A DNA stretch of 64,000 nt from Pseudomonadota bacterium (GCA_039800165.1 JBDLRH010000027.1:368-64367); one strand, 5' to 3'. Counted from the stretch's first letter, positions 28,993-45,102 are shown. Numbers and translations are program-made. The notes: generated from the sequence alone by a model not told the origin.

Positions 28993-29679
28993 ATGGCAGA
29001 TTCAGGCAACTTCGGCTTCGGCAAGTTCGTGCCGGGCTTTGACTTCCTGCAGAACCTGGCCAAGGGCGCGTCGCAGGGCATGCCGCAGATGCCCAGCCTG
29101 TCGAACTGGATTGCGCCCACGCTCAACGTCGAGGACCTGCAAAAGCGCATCGACGAACTCAAGACGGTGCAGTTCTGGCTGGAGCAGAACTCCAAGGCGA
29201 TAGGCGCCACGGTGCAGGCGCTCGAGGTGCAGAAGATGACGCTGTCCACCTTGAAGGGCATGAACTTCACCATGGGCGAACTGGCCGATGCGCTGCAGCT
29301 CAAGCCGGGAGCCGCATCCACGGCCACGCCCGCTGCGTCCCCCGCTGCCGACCCTCCAGTGCCACCCGCGCGCAAACCCGCGCGCCGCAAGCCTGCCACC
29401 GGCCAGGCCGCAGAGGGCGCTGCCCCCGCTGCAGCGTCGGGTGCGGTGGACCCGATGCAGTGGTGGGGCGCGCTGTCGCAGCAGTTCCAGCAGATCGCAA
29501 GCGATGCGATGCGCGACGCGGCGCAAGGCATGCCCCAGGCCGCTGGCGGCGCTGCCCGGCCGTCAGCGGGCAAGGCGGCAAGTGACGCCGGTGGATCGGC
29601 TGCATCGGCCCGCACCCGCCGCAGCACCGCCAAGGCGGGCAAGGCGCGCGCTGCTGCCGCAGCGAAGCGGCGCTCCTGA
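28993..29679 (+). CDS. phaM: PhaM-family PHA-granule associated protein
   Basis: N-terminus FGFGKFVPGFDFLQNLAKG...WIAPTLNVEDLQKRIDELKTVQFWLEQN and a basic Ala/Lys/Pro tail, as in Ralstonia PhaM. Confidence 0.75.
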   Translation: MADSGNFGFGKFVPGFDFLQNLAKGASQGMPQMPSLSNWIAPTLNVEDLQKRIDELKTVQFWLEQNSKAIGATVQALEVQKMTLSTLKGMNFTMGELADALQLKPGAASTATPAASPAADPPVPPARKPARRKPATGQAAEGAAPAAASGAVDPMQWWGALSQQFQQIASDAMRDAAQGMPQAAGGAARPSAGKAASDAGGSAASARTRRSTAKAGKARAAAAAKRRS

Positions 29680-29730
29680 TGCACGGATACCGCACGGACA
29701 CCGCACGGATGACGAACGCATGAGGCGCAG

Positions 29731-31011
29731 ATGAAGCTCTTTCCCGCCGCGCACGCCACCCATCCGCAGTGGGCCATGGCCGCAGGCCTGGTGCTCGCGC
29801 AGCTGCGTGCGCAGATGGCGCTGCCCACGCATGCGTCGTCGCCCACGCTGGGCCTGCTCTACATCACCGACCACTACGCGCCGCATGCGCAAGACATCCT
29901 CGATCACCTCGGCAGCGAACTGCCCGAGGTGACCGACTGGTCCGGCACGGTGGGTGTGGGGGTGTGTGGCAGCAATGTCGAATACTTCGACGAGCCGGCA
30001 CTCAGCGTGATGCTGCTGGACCTGCCGAGCGACCAGTACCGCGTGTTCTCGGGCGTGGCGCCGCTGGGCTCCAGCGCAGGGCCGGGGGGTGGCGCTGGCT
30101 TTCGCGCACACACCGCGCTCATCCACGCCGACGGCCACACGCCGGAGCTCACCGAGCTGGTGACCGAGGTCGCCGGGCGCACCCGCACCGGCTACCTGTT
30201 CGGCGGCCTCTGCGCCAGCCGCACCGAATCGGTCCAGTTCGCCATCGGCGGCAACGGCAACATCCGCGGGCAGGGCGCTGCCAGCGGCGTGTTCCACGGC
30301 GGCCTGAGCGGCGTGGCCTTCGGCGATGGTGTCGCGGTGGTCTCGCGCGTCACCCAGGGCTGCCAGCCGGTGGCGCCGGTGCGCGTGATCAGCGCCTGCG
30401 ACGACAACGTGGTGCTCACGCTGGATGGCGAGTCGGCGCTTGATGTGCTGCTGTCGGACCTGAAGATCACGCTCGATGACCCCGAGCATGCGGTCGGCCG
30501 CTTGCGCCAGACGCTGGTGGGCCTGACCGCGCAGGGCAGCGATGCGGTGGGCCGCACCGGGCACTTTGGCGCCGACACGCGGGTGCGCCACCTGATCGGT
30601 CTGGACCCGGGGCGCCGCGCAGTGGCGATTGCAGACCATGCCGAAGCGGGCATGCGGCTGGCGTTTTGCGAGCGCAATGCGCAGGCCGCGCGCGCCGACC
30701 TGATGCGCATCTGCGCCGAGATCCGCGAGGAGCTCGAGCCCGAAGAGATGCCGCTGGCCGTGGCCTCGGCCATTGCCGCGCCCGAGCCTGGCGCGCCGCC
30801 GCATCCGGCGCAACGCATCGCAGGCGCCATCTACGTGAGCTGCTCGGGTCGCGGCGGGCCACACTTTGGCGGGCCCAGCGCCGAACTGCAGATCGTGCGT
30901 CACGCGCTGGGCGACGTGCCGCTGACCGGCTTTTTTGCCGGCGGCGAAATCGCACGCCACCACATCTACGGCTACACCGGCGTGCTGACGGTGTTCACCG
31001 CGCCGGCTTGA
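29731..31011 (+). CDS. FIST-domain sensory protein
   Basis: FIST_N / FIST_C-like layout, ending ...LTGFFAGGEIARHHIYGYTGVLTVF. Confidence 0.7.
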   Translation: MKLFPAAHATHPQWAMAAGLVLAQLRAQMALPTHASSPTLGLLYITDHYAPHAQDILDHLGSELPEVTDWSGTVGVGVCGSNVEYFDEPALSVMLLDLPSDQYRVFSGVAPLGSSAGPGGGAGFRAHTALIHADGHTPELTELVTEVAGRTRTGYLFGGLCASRTESVQFAIGGNGNIRGQGAASGVFHGGLSGVAFGDGVAVVSRVTQGCQPVAPVRVISACDDNVVLTLDGESALDVLLSDLKITLDDPEHAVGRLRQTLVGLTAQGSDAVGRTGHFGADTRVRHLIGLDPGRRAVAIADHAEAGMRLAFCERNAQAARADLMRICAEIREELEPEEMPLAVASAIAAPEPGAPPHPAQRIAGAIYVSCSGRGGPHFGGPSAELQIVRHALGDVPLTGFFAGGEIARHHIYGYTGVLTVFTAPA

Positions 31012-31045
31012 GCCGTTCGCTCGAACCGCGGGCTTCGCGCTGCCA

Positions 31046-33321
<2,276 letters not shown>

Positions 33322-33537
33322 GGTGCTTGAGGACGGGACGCGTCCGTGCCAAGAAAGCGCGAATTATCCCCAAGGCGTGAATAAAGGGCGCAACATTGGA
33401 CTGCCCGCTCAGCGATGGCCCTGATGCAGCACCGCACGAACCATCGTGCATGGCTTCACTCAAAGTTCACCGGGGTTTACGTATTTAGTGTGTTGCTTTT
33501 ACAGATTCCCGGTGTGAATTTCATATCGTCAGACGTC

Positions 33538-33996
33538 GTGACCTACCTTGCCGAAACCCGAGCCTTTGCCGAGCGCCTCAAGCAGGCGCTGGAAGCCGCC
33601 GGGGTACGTCCGTCGCCCACGCGCGTGGCCAACGAGTTCAACGGCCGCTACTGGGGCAAGAGCATCACGCCGCACACCGCGCGCAACTGGCTCATCGGCA
33701 AATCGATTCCCACGCAAGACAAGCTGCGGGTGCTGTCGGACTGGCTGCATGTCAGCCCCGACGTGCTGCGTTTTGGTGCGCTGCCTGCGCCGGTGCATGC
33801 CGGCGACCCCTGGGTGCAGGGCGCAGAGGGCGACCTGGTGGACCGCGAGCTCATCCAGCGCTACCTGGCACTGGCCCCGCGCGACCGCAAGATCATCCGC
33901 GAGGTGGTGACGGCGATGGCGCTGGCGGCCACGGTGCGGCGTCACGAGCCTTCCACCGTGCTGCCCGTGACGCCGTCCGAACCGATGTCGTTTTGA
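33538..33996 (+). CDS. XRE/Cro-CI-type helix-turn-helix regulator
   Basis: FAERLKQALEAAGVRPSPTRVANEF...TARNWLIGKSIPTQDKLRVLSDWLHVSPDVLRFG. The start is uncertain: GTG 33538 is chosen because 33415-33537 is AT-rich and promoter-like. Confidence 0.5.
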   Translation: MTYLAETRAFAERLKQALEAAGVRPSPTRVANEFNGRYWGKSITPHTARNWLIGKSIPTQDKLRVLSDWLHVSPDVLRFGALPAPVHAGDPWVQGAEGDLVDRELIQRYLALAPRDRKIIREVVTAMALAATVRRHEPSTVLPVTPSEPMSF

Positions 33997-34046
33997 CGTC
34001 GTTGTTTGCCGGCCCGCGCGTGCGCTGCCGCCGCGCCTTCATCTGA

Positions 34047-34997
34047 TCATCCCAAGGACCGGGGCGGCGGCACCTGCTGCGCCAGCGCCTCGATCTCCTG
34101 CCGCGTGCCCAGCGCAGACGCCTCCTGCGCCACCGAGGCCGAGCCCGCAGCCACGCCCCAGCGCAGCGCCTCGCGCGCGTGCTGGCCGCGCGACAGGCTC
34201 CAGAGGATGGCAGCCAGCATGCTGTCACCTGCACCGGTGGTGCTCTTGACCGGCATGCTCAGCCCGCCCACGCGCCAGGTGCCGTCGCGGGTGGCCAGCA
34301 GCGCGCCTTCGGCGCCGAGCGACAGCACCACCGTCTCGCTGGTACGCATGCGCACCCAGGCCTGCGCCGCCTCGCGCTGGTCGTCCGCGCTGTTCAGCGG
34401 CTGACCGGTGCACTCGCGCAGTTCATCGAGGCTCGGCTTCACCAGGTCCACCCCCGCACGCAGGCCCGCGGCCAGCGCCTCGCCCGATGCGTCCAGCGCA
34501 ATGCGGCAGCCCATGGCCTTCAGCCGCCGCGCGATCGTGTTGTAGGCATCGGCCGGCATGCCCTGCGGCAAGCTGCCGCTGAGCACCACCCAATCGGCCA
34601 GCGGGCGCGATGCCGCCTCGAACACCGCGTTGAAGCAGGCCTGCACCGCCTGCGCATCGAGCACCGGCCCGGGCATCACGAAGCGGTACTCCTCGCCGCT
34701 GGCCTGCTCCACCACCGACAGGTTGTCGCGCGTGAGGCCGCTCACCTCGACCGCGCGCGCGGCCACGCCTTCGCCGTGCAGCAGCTGCCCGAGCAGGGCG
34801 CCGGTCAGGCCGGCGGCGGTATGCAGCGCCAGCACGTCGGCCCCCAGCCGCGTGAGCACGCGCGCCACGTTCAGGCCACCGCCGCCCGGGTAGACGGTGG
34901 GCGCGTCGCAGCGCAGCTTCACCGTGGGTTGCAGGCGTTCGGTGCGCGTGGCGCGGTCCACCGACGGATTGAAGGTGACTGTCAGGATGCGGGCCAT
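34047..34997 (-). CDS. PfkB-family sugar(-phosphate) kinase (1-phosphofructokinase/tagatose-6-P kinase subgroup)
   Basis: ILTVTFNPSVDR, GGGGLNVARVL, TTGAGDSMLAA. Confidence 0.8.
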   Translation of the reverse strand: MARILTVTFNPSVDRATRTERLQPTVKLRCDAPTVYPGGGGLNVARVLTRLGADVLALHTAAGLTGALLGQLLHGEGVAARAVEVSGLTRDNLSVVEQASGEEYRFVMPGPVLDAQAVQACFNAVFEAASRPLADWVVLSGSLPQGMPADAYNTIARRLKAMGCRIALDASGEALAAGLRAGVDLVKPSLDELRECTGQPLNSADDQREAAQAWVRMRTSETVVLSLGAEGALLATRDGTWRVGGLSMPVKSTTGAGDSMLAAILWSLSRGQHAREALRWGVAAGSASVAQEASALGTRQEIEALAQQVPPPRSLG

Positions 34998-35027
34998 GCG
35001 CACAGTATGCAGCGTCAAAATGCATGC

Positions 35028-37154
<2,127 letters not shown>

Positions 37155-37163
37155 GATTCGCGC

Positions 37164-38156
37164 ATGACCCTCACCGAACTGCGCTACATCGTCGCCGTCG
37201 CGCGCGAGAAGCACTTTGGCCGCGCGGCTGAAGCCTGCTTCGTGTCGCAGCCCACGCTGTCGGTCGCGATCAAGAAGCTCGAGGAGGAGCTGGAGGTCAA
37301 GCTGTTCGAGCGCAGCGCCAACGAAGTGGCGGTCACGCCGCTGGGCGAGGAGATCGTGCGCCAGGCGCAGGGCGTGCTGGAGCAGGCCGCCGCGATCAAG
37401 GAGATCGCCAAGCGTGGCAAGGACCCGCTGGCCGGCGCGCTCAAGCTCGGCATCATCTACACCATCGGTCCCTACCTGCTGCCGGACCTGGTGCGCCAGG
37501 CGATTGCGCGCACGCCGCAGATGCCGCTGATGCTGCAGGAGAACTTCACCGTCAAGCTGCTGGAGATGCTGCGCACCGGCGAGATCGACTGCGCCATCCT
37601 GGCCGAGCCCTTCCCCGACACTGGCCTGGCGGTCGCGCCGCTGTATGACGAGCCGTTTGTGGCCGCGGTGCCGCGCAACCATCCGCTGGCGCAGCAGAAG
37701 TCGGTGCATGCCGAGGCGCTCAAGCAAGAGACGATGCTGCTGCTGGGCAACGGCCACTGCTTTCGCGACCATGTGCTGGAGGTGTGCCCCGAGTTCGCGC
37801 GCTTTTCCAGCGACGCCGAAGGCATCCGCAAGAGCTTCGAGGGTTCGAGCCTCGAGACCATCAAGCACATGGTGGCCGCCGGCATGGGCGTGACGCTGGT
37901 GCCGCGGCTCAGCGTGCCGCGCGATGCCCTTGATGCGAAAAAGCGGCGCCCGTCGGCGGCTGCCGATGCCGCGGCCGCGGTGGGCGACGACGGTTATGTG
38001 CGCTACCTGCCGATCACCGATGCGCAGGGTGGCGAGCCGCCGACGCGGCGCGTGGTGCTGGCGTGGCGGCGCAGCTTCACCCGCTACGAGGCGATCGCCG
38101 CGCTGCGCAATGCGGTCTACGCCTGCGAGCTGCCGGGCGTGAAGCGCCTGTCGTGA
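37164..38156 (+). CDS. oxyR: LysR-family peroxide sensor OxyR
   Basis: [33 protein letters not shown]. Redox cysteines lie in [15 protein letters not shown]. Confidence 0.9.
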   Translation: MTLTELRYIVAVAREKHFGRAAEACFVSQPTLSVAIKKLEEELEVKLFERSANEVAVTPLGEEIVRQAQGVLEQAAAIKEIAKRGKDPLAGALKLGIIYTIGPYLLPDLVRQAIARTPQMPLMLQENFTVKLLEMLRTGEIDCAILAEPFPDTGLAVAPLYDEPFVAAVPRNHPLAQQKSVHAEALKQETMLLLGNGHCFRDHVLEVCPEFARFSSDAEGIRKSFEGSSLETIKHMVAAGMGVTLVPRLSVPRDALDAKKRRPSAAADAAAAVGDDGYVRYLPITDAQGGEPPTRRVVLAWRRSFTRYEAIAALRNAVYACELPGVKRLS

Positions 38157-38172
38157 ACGGAGCGCTCAAGCG

Positions 38173-39075
38173 ATGTCTGCCCGGGGCCACGCCGTTGCCA
38201 CGCGATCGCGCGCATCGCTCTACCTTGACCTGATCCGCTGGGACCGGCCCGCCGGCTGGCTGCTGCTGCTGTGGCCCACCCTCAGCGCGCTGTGGGTGGC
38301 GGCGCAGGGCTGGCCGGGATGGCATCTGCTGGCGGTGTTCAGCCTCGGCACCATCCTGATGCGCAGCGCGGGCTGCTGCGTCAATGATGTGGCCGACCGC
38401 GACTTCGACCGCCACGTCAAGCGCACCGCGCAGCGGCCGGTCACCTCCGGGCAGGTGTCGGTGAAAGAGGCGCTGGCGCTGGGCGCGGTGCTGGCCCTGT
38501 GCGCATTCGGGCTGGTGCTCACCACCAACCTGACGACGGTGGCCTGGTCGTTCGCGGCGCTGGCGGTCACGCTGATCTACCCGTTTGCCAAGCGCGCGGT
38601 GTCGATGCCGCAGGCGGTGCTGGGCATCGCCTTCAGCTTTGGCATCCCGATGGCGTTTGCCGCGGTGCAGGCCGAGGTGCCGCTGCTGGCGTGGGGGCTG
38701 CTGGTGGCCAACCTGTTCTGGGTGCTGGCCTATGACACCGAGTACGCGATGGTGGACCGCGACGATGACCTGAGGATCGGCATGAAGACCTCGGCCATCA
38801 CGCTCGGGCGCCTTGACGTGATGGCGGTGATGGCCTTCTATGCGGTGTATTTGCTGTCATGGGCGGCGCTGCTGCTGCCGCGCATGCAGGGCTGGCCGCC
38901 GCTCGCGGTGGCGGCTTTTGCGGCAGGCCTGCTGGCCGCAGCGGTGCAGGCGATGTGGCACTACGCGCTGATCCGCGAGCGCAGCCGCGAGGGCTGCTTC
39001 CAGGCGTTCCGCCTGAACCACTGGGTAGGGTTTGCGGTGTTTGCCGGCCTGGCGCTCGGCTACGCCCTGCGCTGA
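38173..39075 (+). CDS. ubiA: 4-hydroxybenzoate polyprenyltransferase
   Basis: [44 protein letters not shown]. Confidence 0.9.
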   Translation: MSARGHAVATRSRASLYLDLIRWDRPAGWLLLLWPTLSALWVAAQGWPGWHLLAVFSLGTILMRSAGCCVNDVADRDFDRHVKRTAQRPVTSGQVSVKEALALGAVLALCAFGLVLTTNLTTVAWSFAALAVTLIYPFAKRAVSMPQAVLGIAFSFGIPMAFAAVQAEVPLLAWGLLVANLFWVLAYDTEYAMVDRDDDLRIGMKTSAITLGRLDVMAVMAFYAVYLLSWAALLLPRMQGWPPLAVAAFAAGLLAAAVQAMWHYALIRERSREGCFQAFRLNHWVGFAVFAGLALGYALR

Positions 39076-39099
39076 AGGCAGGGCGCGAGGGCGTGGCCC

Positions 39100-39294
39100 T
39101 TACTCGGCCTTTTTGGCGGCCTTCTTGCCCGACTTCTTGGCCTTGCTGGCCTTCTTCTTCGCCGGCGCCGGCTTGCTGCTGGAGTCAGACTGCGCGGCAG
39201 GCGAAGCGGGGGTGGCAGGCGTTGCCGGGGCGGCGGTTTGGGCGGCGGCAGCGAACACCGAGGCGCTGATCAGGGCGGCGAGCAGGGATTTCAT
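39100..39294 (-). CDS. small secreted Lys/Ala-rich protein (64 aa)
   Basis: Signal peptide MKSLLAALISASVFAAAAQ, Pro/Ala/Thr linker, tail KPAPAKKKASKAKKSGKKAAKKAE. AGGAA ribosome-binding site. Confidence 0.55.
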   Translation of the reverse strand: MKSLLAALISASVFAAAAQTAAPATPATPASPAAQSDSSSKPAPAKKKASKAKKSGKKAAKKAE

Positions 39295-39534
39295 GAGGGT
39301 TCCTGAAGTGAACGAAGGGTGAGCGACCCGACCGCCACGCCCATGCAAGGCGCCGCTTGCCAAGCCGCTCACATGACTAACGGGTGGCGCAGGCCCGCGT
39401 TGACCCTCACGCGCAAAGTTTGTGCAACCGGTGGCAACGCCCACCTTGCCCGCGCCCGCGCTTTACCCCTGTACTTCACCCCTGCGCGTTGAGCGCCGGC
39501 GCACCAAGGACGCCAGCTTTCGCCTTGCGCTGGT

Positions 39535-40368
39535 TCAACGCCCGAACTCGTCGCCGAGTTCCTTGGCGCGGTCGCGCGCGGCGCGCAAGGCCTTGGCAAA
39601 CAGCGCATCCACCGCATCGGACTGCATCGAGGTGATCGCGGCATGGGTGGTGCCGCCCTTGGAGGTGACCCGCTCGCGCAGCACCGCAGGCGGCTCATCC
39701 GAGCGCTGCGCCAGTGCCGAGGCACCCGCGAAGGTGCCGATGGCCAGGCGTTGCGCCTGCCCGGCGCTCAGCCCCATCTCGATGGCTGCAGCGGTCATTG
39801 CTTCGATGAAGAAGAACACATACGCCGGCCCCGAGCCCGACAGCGCGGTCACCGCATCAAGCAGTTCTTCGCGTTCCACCCACAGCAACTCGCCGGTCGG
39901 GCGCAGCACCTGCTCGACGGTGGCACGGTCGTCGGCGCTGGCGGCGGGGCGGGCGAACAGCGCGGTCATGCCCTGACCGATCAGCGCGGGCGTGTTGGGC
40001 ATCGCGCGCACCACACGCTCGCTGCCCAGCCACTTCGCAATGCTGTCGCTTCGGATGCCGGCGGCCACGCTCAGGTGCAGCGCGTTCGCGGTGAACGGCT
40101 GCACCGGCCGCGCCGCATCGCCAAAGGTCTGCGGCTTGACGGCCCACACCACCAGCGTCGCCTGGCGCAGCGCCTCGCCGGCGTGCGCCTCGGCCTGCAC
40201 GCCGTGGTCGGTACGCAGCTTGTCGCGCGCGGCTTCGAAGGGCTCGACCACGCTGATGCGATCCGGCGGCAGGCCCTGGCGCACCAGGCCGCCGATGATG
40301 GCGCTGGCCATGTTGCCGCCGCCGATGAAGGCGATGCGGGCATCCGTGGGCAGGGGATGGGGCTTCAT
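39535..40368 (-). CDS. proC: pyrroline-5-carboxylate reductase
   Basis: IAFIGGGNMASAIIGGL, SGSGPAYVFFFIEAM, VTSKGGTT. Confidence 0.9.
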   Translation of the reverse strand: MKPHPLPTDARIAFIGGGNMASAIIGGLVRQGLPPDRISVVEPFEAARDKLRTDHGVQAEAHAGEALRQATLVVWAVKPQTFGDAARPVQPFTANALHLSVAAGIRSDSIAKWLGSERVVRAMPNTPALIGQGMTALFARPAASADDRATVEQVLRPTGELLWVEREELLDAVTALSGSGPAYVFFFIEAMTAAAIEMGLSAGQAQRLAIGTFAGASALAQRSDEPPAVLRERVTSKGGTTHAAITSMQSDAVDALFAKALRAARDRAKELGDEFGR

Positions 40369-40538
40369 GTGAATGCGGTCCATGGGTTGCGTGGCGCTTG
40401 ACCCGCACGCATCCACAACGCCGGGCACGCCATCACCGATGCGCCATTGTCGCCGCAGCGCCGGTGCGGTGACCCGGGCGGCTGCGCGCGGGGCGCTTGC
40501 GTTAACCTTCTGCGCCAGCAGTCACGCCGGGAGAAGCC

Positions 40539-42024
<1,486 letters not shown>

Positions 42025-42032
<8 letters not shown>

Positions 42033-43674
42033 GCCCCTGCCCACCGAGCGCGCCGCCCTGCTGGCGCGGCTGGCCGAGCCGCGCGCATGGGACATCGCTG
42101 TCGTCGGCGGCGGTGCCAGCGGGCTGGGCGTGGCGCTTGATGCGGCAGCGCGTGGCCTGAGCGTGGTGCTGCTCGAGTCGCACGACTTTGCCAAGGGCAC
42201 GTCCTCGCGCGCCACCAAGCTGCTGCACGGGGGTGTGCGCTACCTGGCGCAGGGCAACCTGTCGCTGGTGCGCGAGGCGCTGCACGAGCGCGCCACCATC
42301 CTGCGCAATGCACCGCACCTGTCGCAGCCGCTGGCCTTCGTGATGCCGGCCTACCGCTGGTGGGAAGCGCCGTTCTACGGGCTCGGCCTGAAGGCCTACG
42401 ACCGCCTGGCGGGCGATGCCGGTCTGGGCGCCACCGAATGGCTGGGCGCCGCCGGGGTGCGCGCCGCGCTGCCCAATGTTCGCACCGAGGGCTTGCGCGG
42501 CGGCGTGCGCTACTGGGACGCGCAGTTCGACGACGCGCGGCTGGCGCTGGCGCTGGCACGTACCGCTGCGGCCCAGGGTGCGCTGCTGGTCAACCACTGC
42601 GCGGTCACGGCGGTGCTGCACGACGCCGGCCGGGTGAGCGGGCTGACCTGCGAAGACCGCGAGTCGGGTGCGTCGTTTCGGGTGCAGGCGCGCTGCGTCA
42701 TCAATGCCACCGGGGTGTGGGTGGACGAGTTGCGCCAGCGCGAGCCGGGCGCGGCGGCGGTGCGGCCGCTGGTCGCGCCGAGCCAGGGCGTGCATCTGGT
42801 GGTCGATGCCGACTTCCTGCCGGGGCAACAGGCGCTGCTGGTGCCGCGCACCCGCGACGGCCGGGTGCTGTTTGCGGTGCCGTGGCTGGGCAAGGTGATC
42901 CTGGGCACCACCGACACACCGCGCGCCGACACGGTGCGCGAGCCGCAGCCTTTTGCCGACGAGGTCGACTTCATCCTGCGCGAAGCGGCGGACGTGCTGG
43001 CGCGCGCGCCGCGCGCAGCCGACGTGCGCAGCTGCTGGGTGGGCCTGCGGCCGCTGGTGCGGCCCGAGGCGGCGGGAGAGGGGGGCGCGGGATCGGCGGG
43101 TGGTGGCACGGCGGGCATCAGCCGTGAGCACCTGGTGCAGGTCAGCCCGGGCGGCCTGGTCACGGTCACCGGCGGCAAGTGGACCACCTACCGCAGCATG
43201 GCACGGGATGTATTGCGCCGCTGCGCAGCCGAGGGCCTGGTTGCCACAGGCGCCAGAGGCATAGACGAAGTGACTGCTAACTTGCCGCTGGTGGGCGCCG
43301 CCACGGGGCAGGCGCCGCAACTGCAGGGCGGGTGGGCGGCCTACGGCAGCGAACGCGACCGGGCGCAGGCCCTGCCGGGTGCAGACGCCTGGCTGGCCGA
43401 CGGCCTGAGCGAGGCAATGGTGCGCTTTGCGGCGCGCCATGAATATGCGCGCACGGTGGAAGATGTGCTGGCGCGGCGCAGCCGGCTGCTGTTTCTGGAT
43501 GCCGCGGCGGCAGCGCGCGCCGCTCCCGCGGTGGCGCGGGTGCTGGCCGAGGAGACCGGGCGCGACCCGCAGGCGCAGGCCTTCACCGCCCTGGCGCAGG
43601 CCTGGGCCGGGGCGGCAGCCCGGCCAGTCGCCCCGGCAGCGGCGCCCGCCGCCGCCCGCCCCGCGGGGCTTTGA
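42025..43674 (+). CDS. glpD: FAD-dependent glycerol-3-phosphate dehydrogenase
   Basis: [40 protein letters not shown] start overlaps the glpK stop by 8 nt. Confidence 0.85.
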
Positions 43675-43699
43675 CAGCCTTTGCGTTTGCAGTCATAAT
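43671..43699 (+). promoter_or_regulatory. near-consensus sigma70 promoter for the spc ribosomal operon
   Basis: TTGACA (43671-43676), exact 17-nt spacer, CATAAT (43694-43699). The -35 box overlaps the glpD stop codon. Confidence 0.6.
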
Positions 43700-43855
43700 C
43701 GCGGGCTCCGCCTGAAAAAGGCAGGGGTTTCTGCCCAGCGAAAGCGCTGTGCCCACAGGGGGCGCGGCGAAGACGACGGGCCCAAGACTGACCAGTGGTG
43801 AGCGTTCGGGGATGTTCCCCGAAAGACCCCTGGTACAAGTTGGGAATGTACTGAC

Positions 43856-44224
43856 ATGATCCAAACCGAATCCCGGCTCGAAGTTGCCGACAACACGGGT
43901 GCGAAGTCCGTTCTTTGCATCAAGGTGCTCGGCGGCTCCAAGCGTCGCTACGCCAGCGTGGGCGACATCATCAAGGTGAGCATCAAGGAAGCCGCTCCGC
44001 GTGGCCGCGTCAAGAAGGGCGAGGTCTACAGCGCCGTCGTCGTGCGCACCGCCAAGGGCATCCGCCGCAGCGATGGCTCGCTCGTCAAGTTCGACGGCAA
44101 CGCCGCCGTGCTGCTCAACAACAAGCTGGAGCCCATCGGCACCCGCATCTTCGGCCCGGTCACGCGCGAACTGCGCACCGAGCGCTTCATGAAGATCGTG
44201 TCGCTGGCGCCCGAAGTTCTGTAA
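43856..44224 (+). CDS. rplN: 50S ribosomal protein L14
   Basis: [17 protein letters not shown]... Confidence 0.97.
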   Translation: MIQTESRLEVADNTGAKSVLCIKVLGGSKRRYASVGDIIKVSIKEAAPRGRVKKGEVYSAVVVRTAKGIRRSDGSLVKFDGNAAVLLNNKLEPIGTRIFGPVTRELRTERFMKIVSLAPEVL

Positions 44225-44233
44225 GGAAGCGCC

Positions 44234-44554
44234 ATGAACAAGATCCGCAAGGGCGACGAAGTCATCGTGCTGGCCGGCCGCGACAAGGGCAAGCGCGGCA
44301 AGGTCACGCTGCGCAAGGACGCAGACCACGTGGTCATCGAGGGCATCAACCTGGTGAAGAAGCACACCAAGCCCAATCCGATGAAGGGCACCACCGGCGG
44401 CATCGTCGAGAAGTCCATGCCGATCCACCAGTCGAACGTGGCGATCTACAACGCCGCCACGGGCAAGGCCGACCGCGTGGGCATCAAGGTGCAGGCCGAC
44501 GGCAAGCGCGTGCGCGTCTACAAGTCCAGCGGCGAAGAGATCAAGGTGGCATAA
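44234..44554 (+). CDS. rplX: 50S ribosomal protein L24
   Basis: [22 protein letters not shown]... Confidence 0.97.
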   Translation: MNKIRKGDEVIVLAGRDKGKRGKVTLRKDADHVVIEGINLVKKHTKPNPMKGTTGGIVEKSMPIHQSNVAIYNAATGKADRVGIKVQADGKRVRVYKSSGEEIKVA

Positions 44555-45094
44555 ATGGCACGTCTGCAGCAACACTACCGCGAAAAAGTCGTTCCCGAAC
44601 TCACCAAGAAGTTCGGCTACAAGTCGCCGATGCAGGTGCCGCGCCTGACCAAGATCACGCTGAACATGGGCGTGAGCGAGGCGGTGGCCGACAAGAAGGT
44701 GATGGACAACGCCGTGGGCGACCTCACCAAGATCGCCGGCCAGAAGCCGGTGGTCACCAAGGCCAAGAAGGCCATCGCCGGCTTCAAGATCCGTGAAGGC
44801 CAGGCGATCGGCTGCATGGTCACCCTGCGCGGCGTGCGCATGTATGAATTCCTCGACCGCTTCGTCACCGTGGCGCTGCCGCGCGTGCGCGACTTCCGCG
44901 GCATCTCGGGGCGCGCCTTTGACGGCCGTGGCAACTACAACATCGGCGTCAAGGAACAGATCATCTTCCCCGAGATCGAGTACGACAAGGTCGATGCCCT
45001 GCGCGGCCTGAACATCAGCATCACCACGACGGCCAAGACCGACGAGGAGTGCAAGGCACTGCTCGCGGGCTTCCGTTTCCCATTCAAGAACTGA
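44555..45094 (+). CDS. rplE: 50S ribosomal protein L5
   Basis: [16 protein letters not shown]...KITLNMGV... Confidence 0.97.
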   Translation: MARLQQHYREKVVPELTKKFGYKSPMQVPRLTKITLNMGVSEAVADKKVMDNAVGDLTKIAGQKPVVTKAKKAIAGFKIREGQAIGCMVTLRGVRMYEFLDRFVTVALPRVRDFRGISGRAFDGRGNYNIGVKEQIIFPEIEYDKVDALRGLNISITTTAKTDEECKALLAGFRFPFKN

Positions 45095-45102
45095 GGTGGC
45101 AC

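Noticed and set aside
33333-33342. A perfect 10-bp palindrome GGACGCGTCC just upstream of queA.
   Set aside because: It is short and GC-rich in a GC-rich genome, so it is plausible by chance. There is no flanking extension of the symmetry and no associated regulator.
34179-35027. The N-terminal 283 codons of the listed 991-aa recG ORF.
   Set aside because: This part is antisense to the PfkB kinase gene and is not RecG-like. The RecG homology (MATDLSAPQKALRKLGLVRDIDLALHLPLRYED) begins at the ATG at 35028.
43812-43859. A 15-codon upstream ORF ([15 protein letters not shown]) ending in an ATGA overlap with the rplN start.
   Set aside because: It has no convincing Shine-Dalgarno sequence, and its ATG sits in a hairpin loop. 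Any +1-frame ORF must stop at the TGA created by the conserved Met-Ile start of L14. Chance occurrence is therefore likely.
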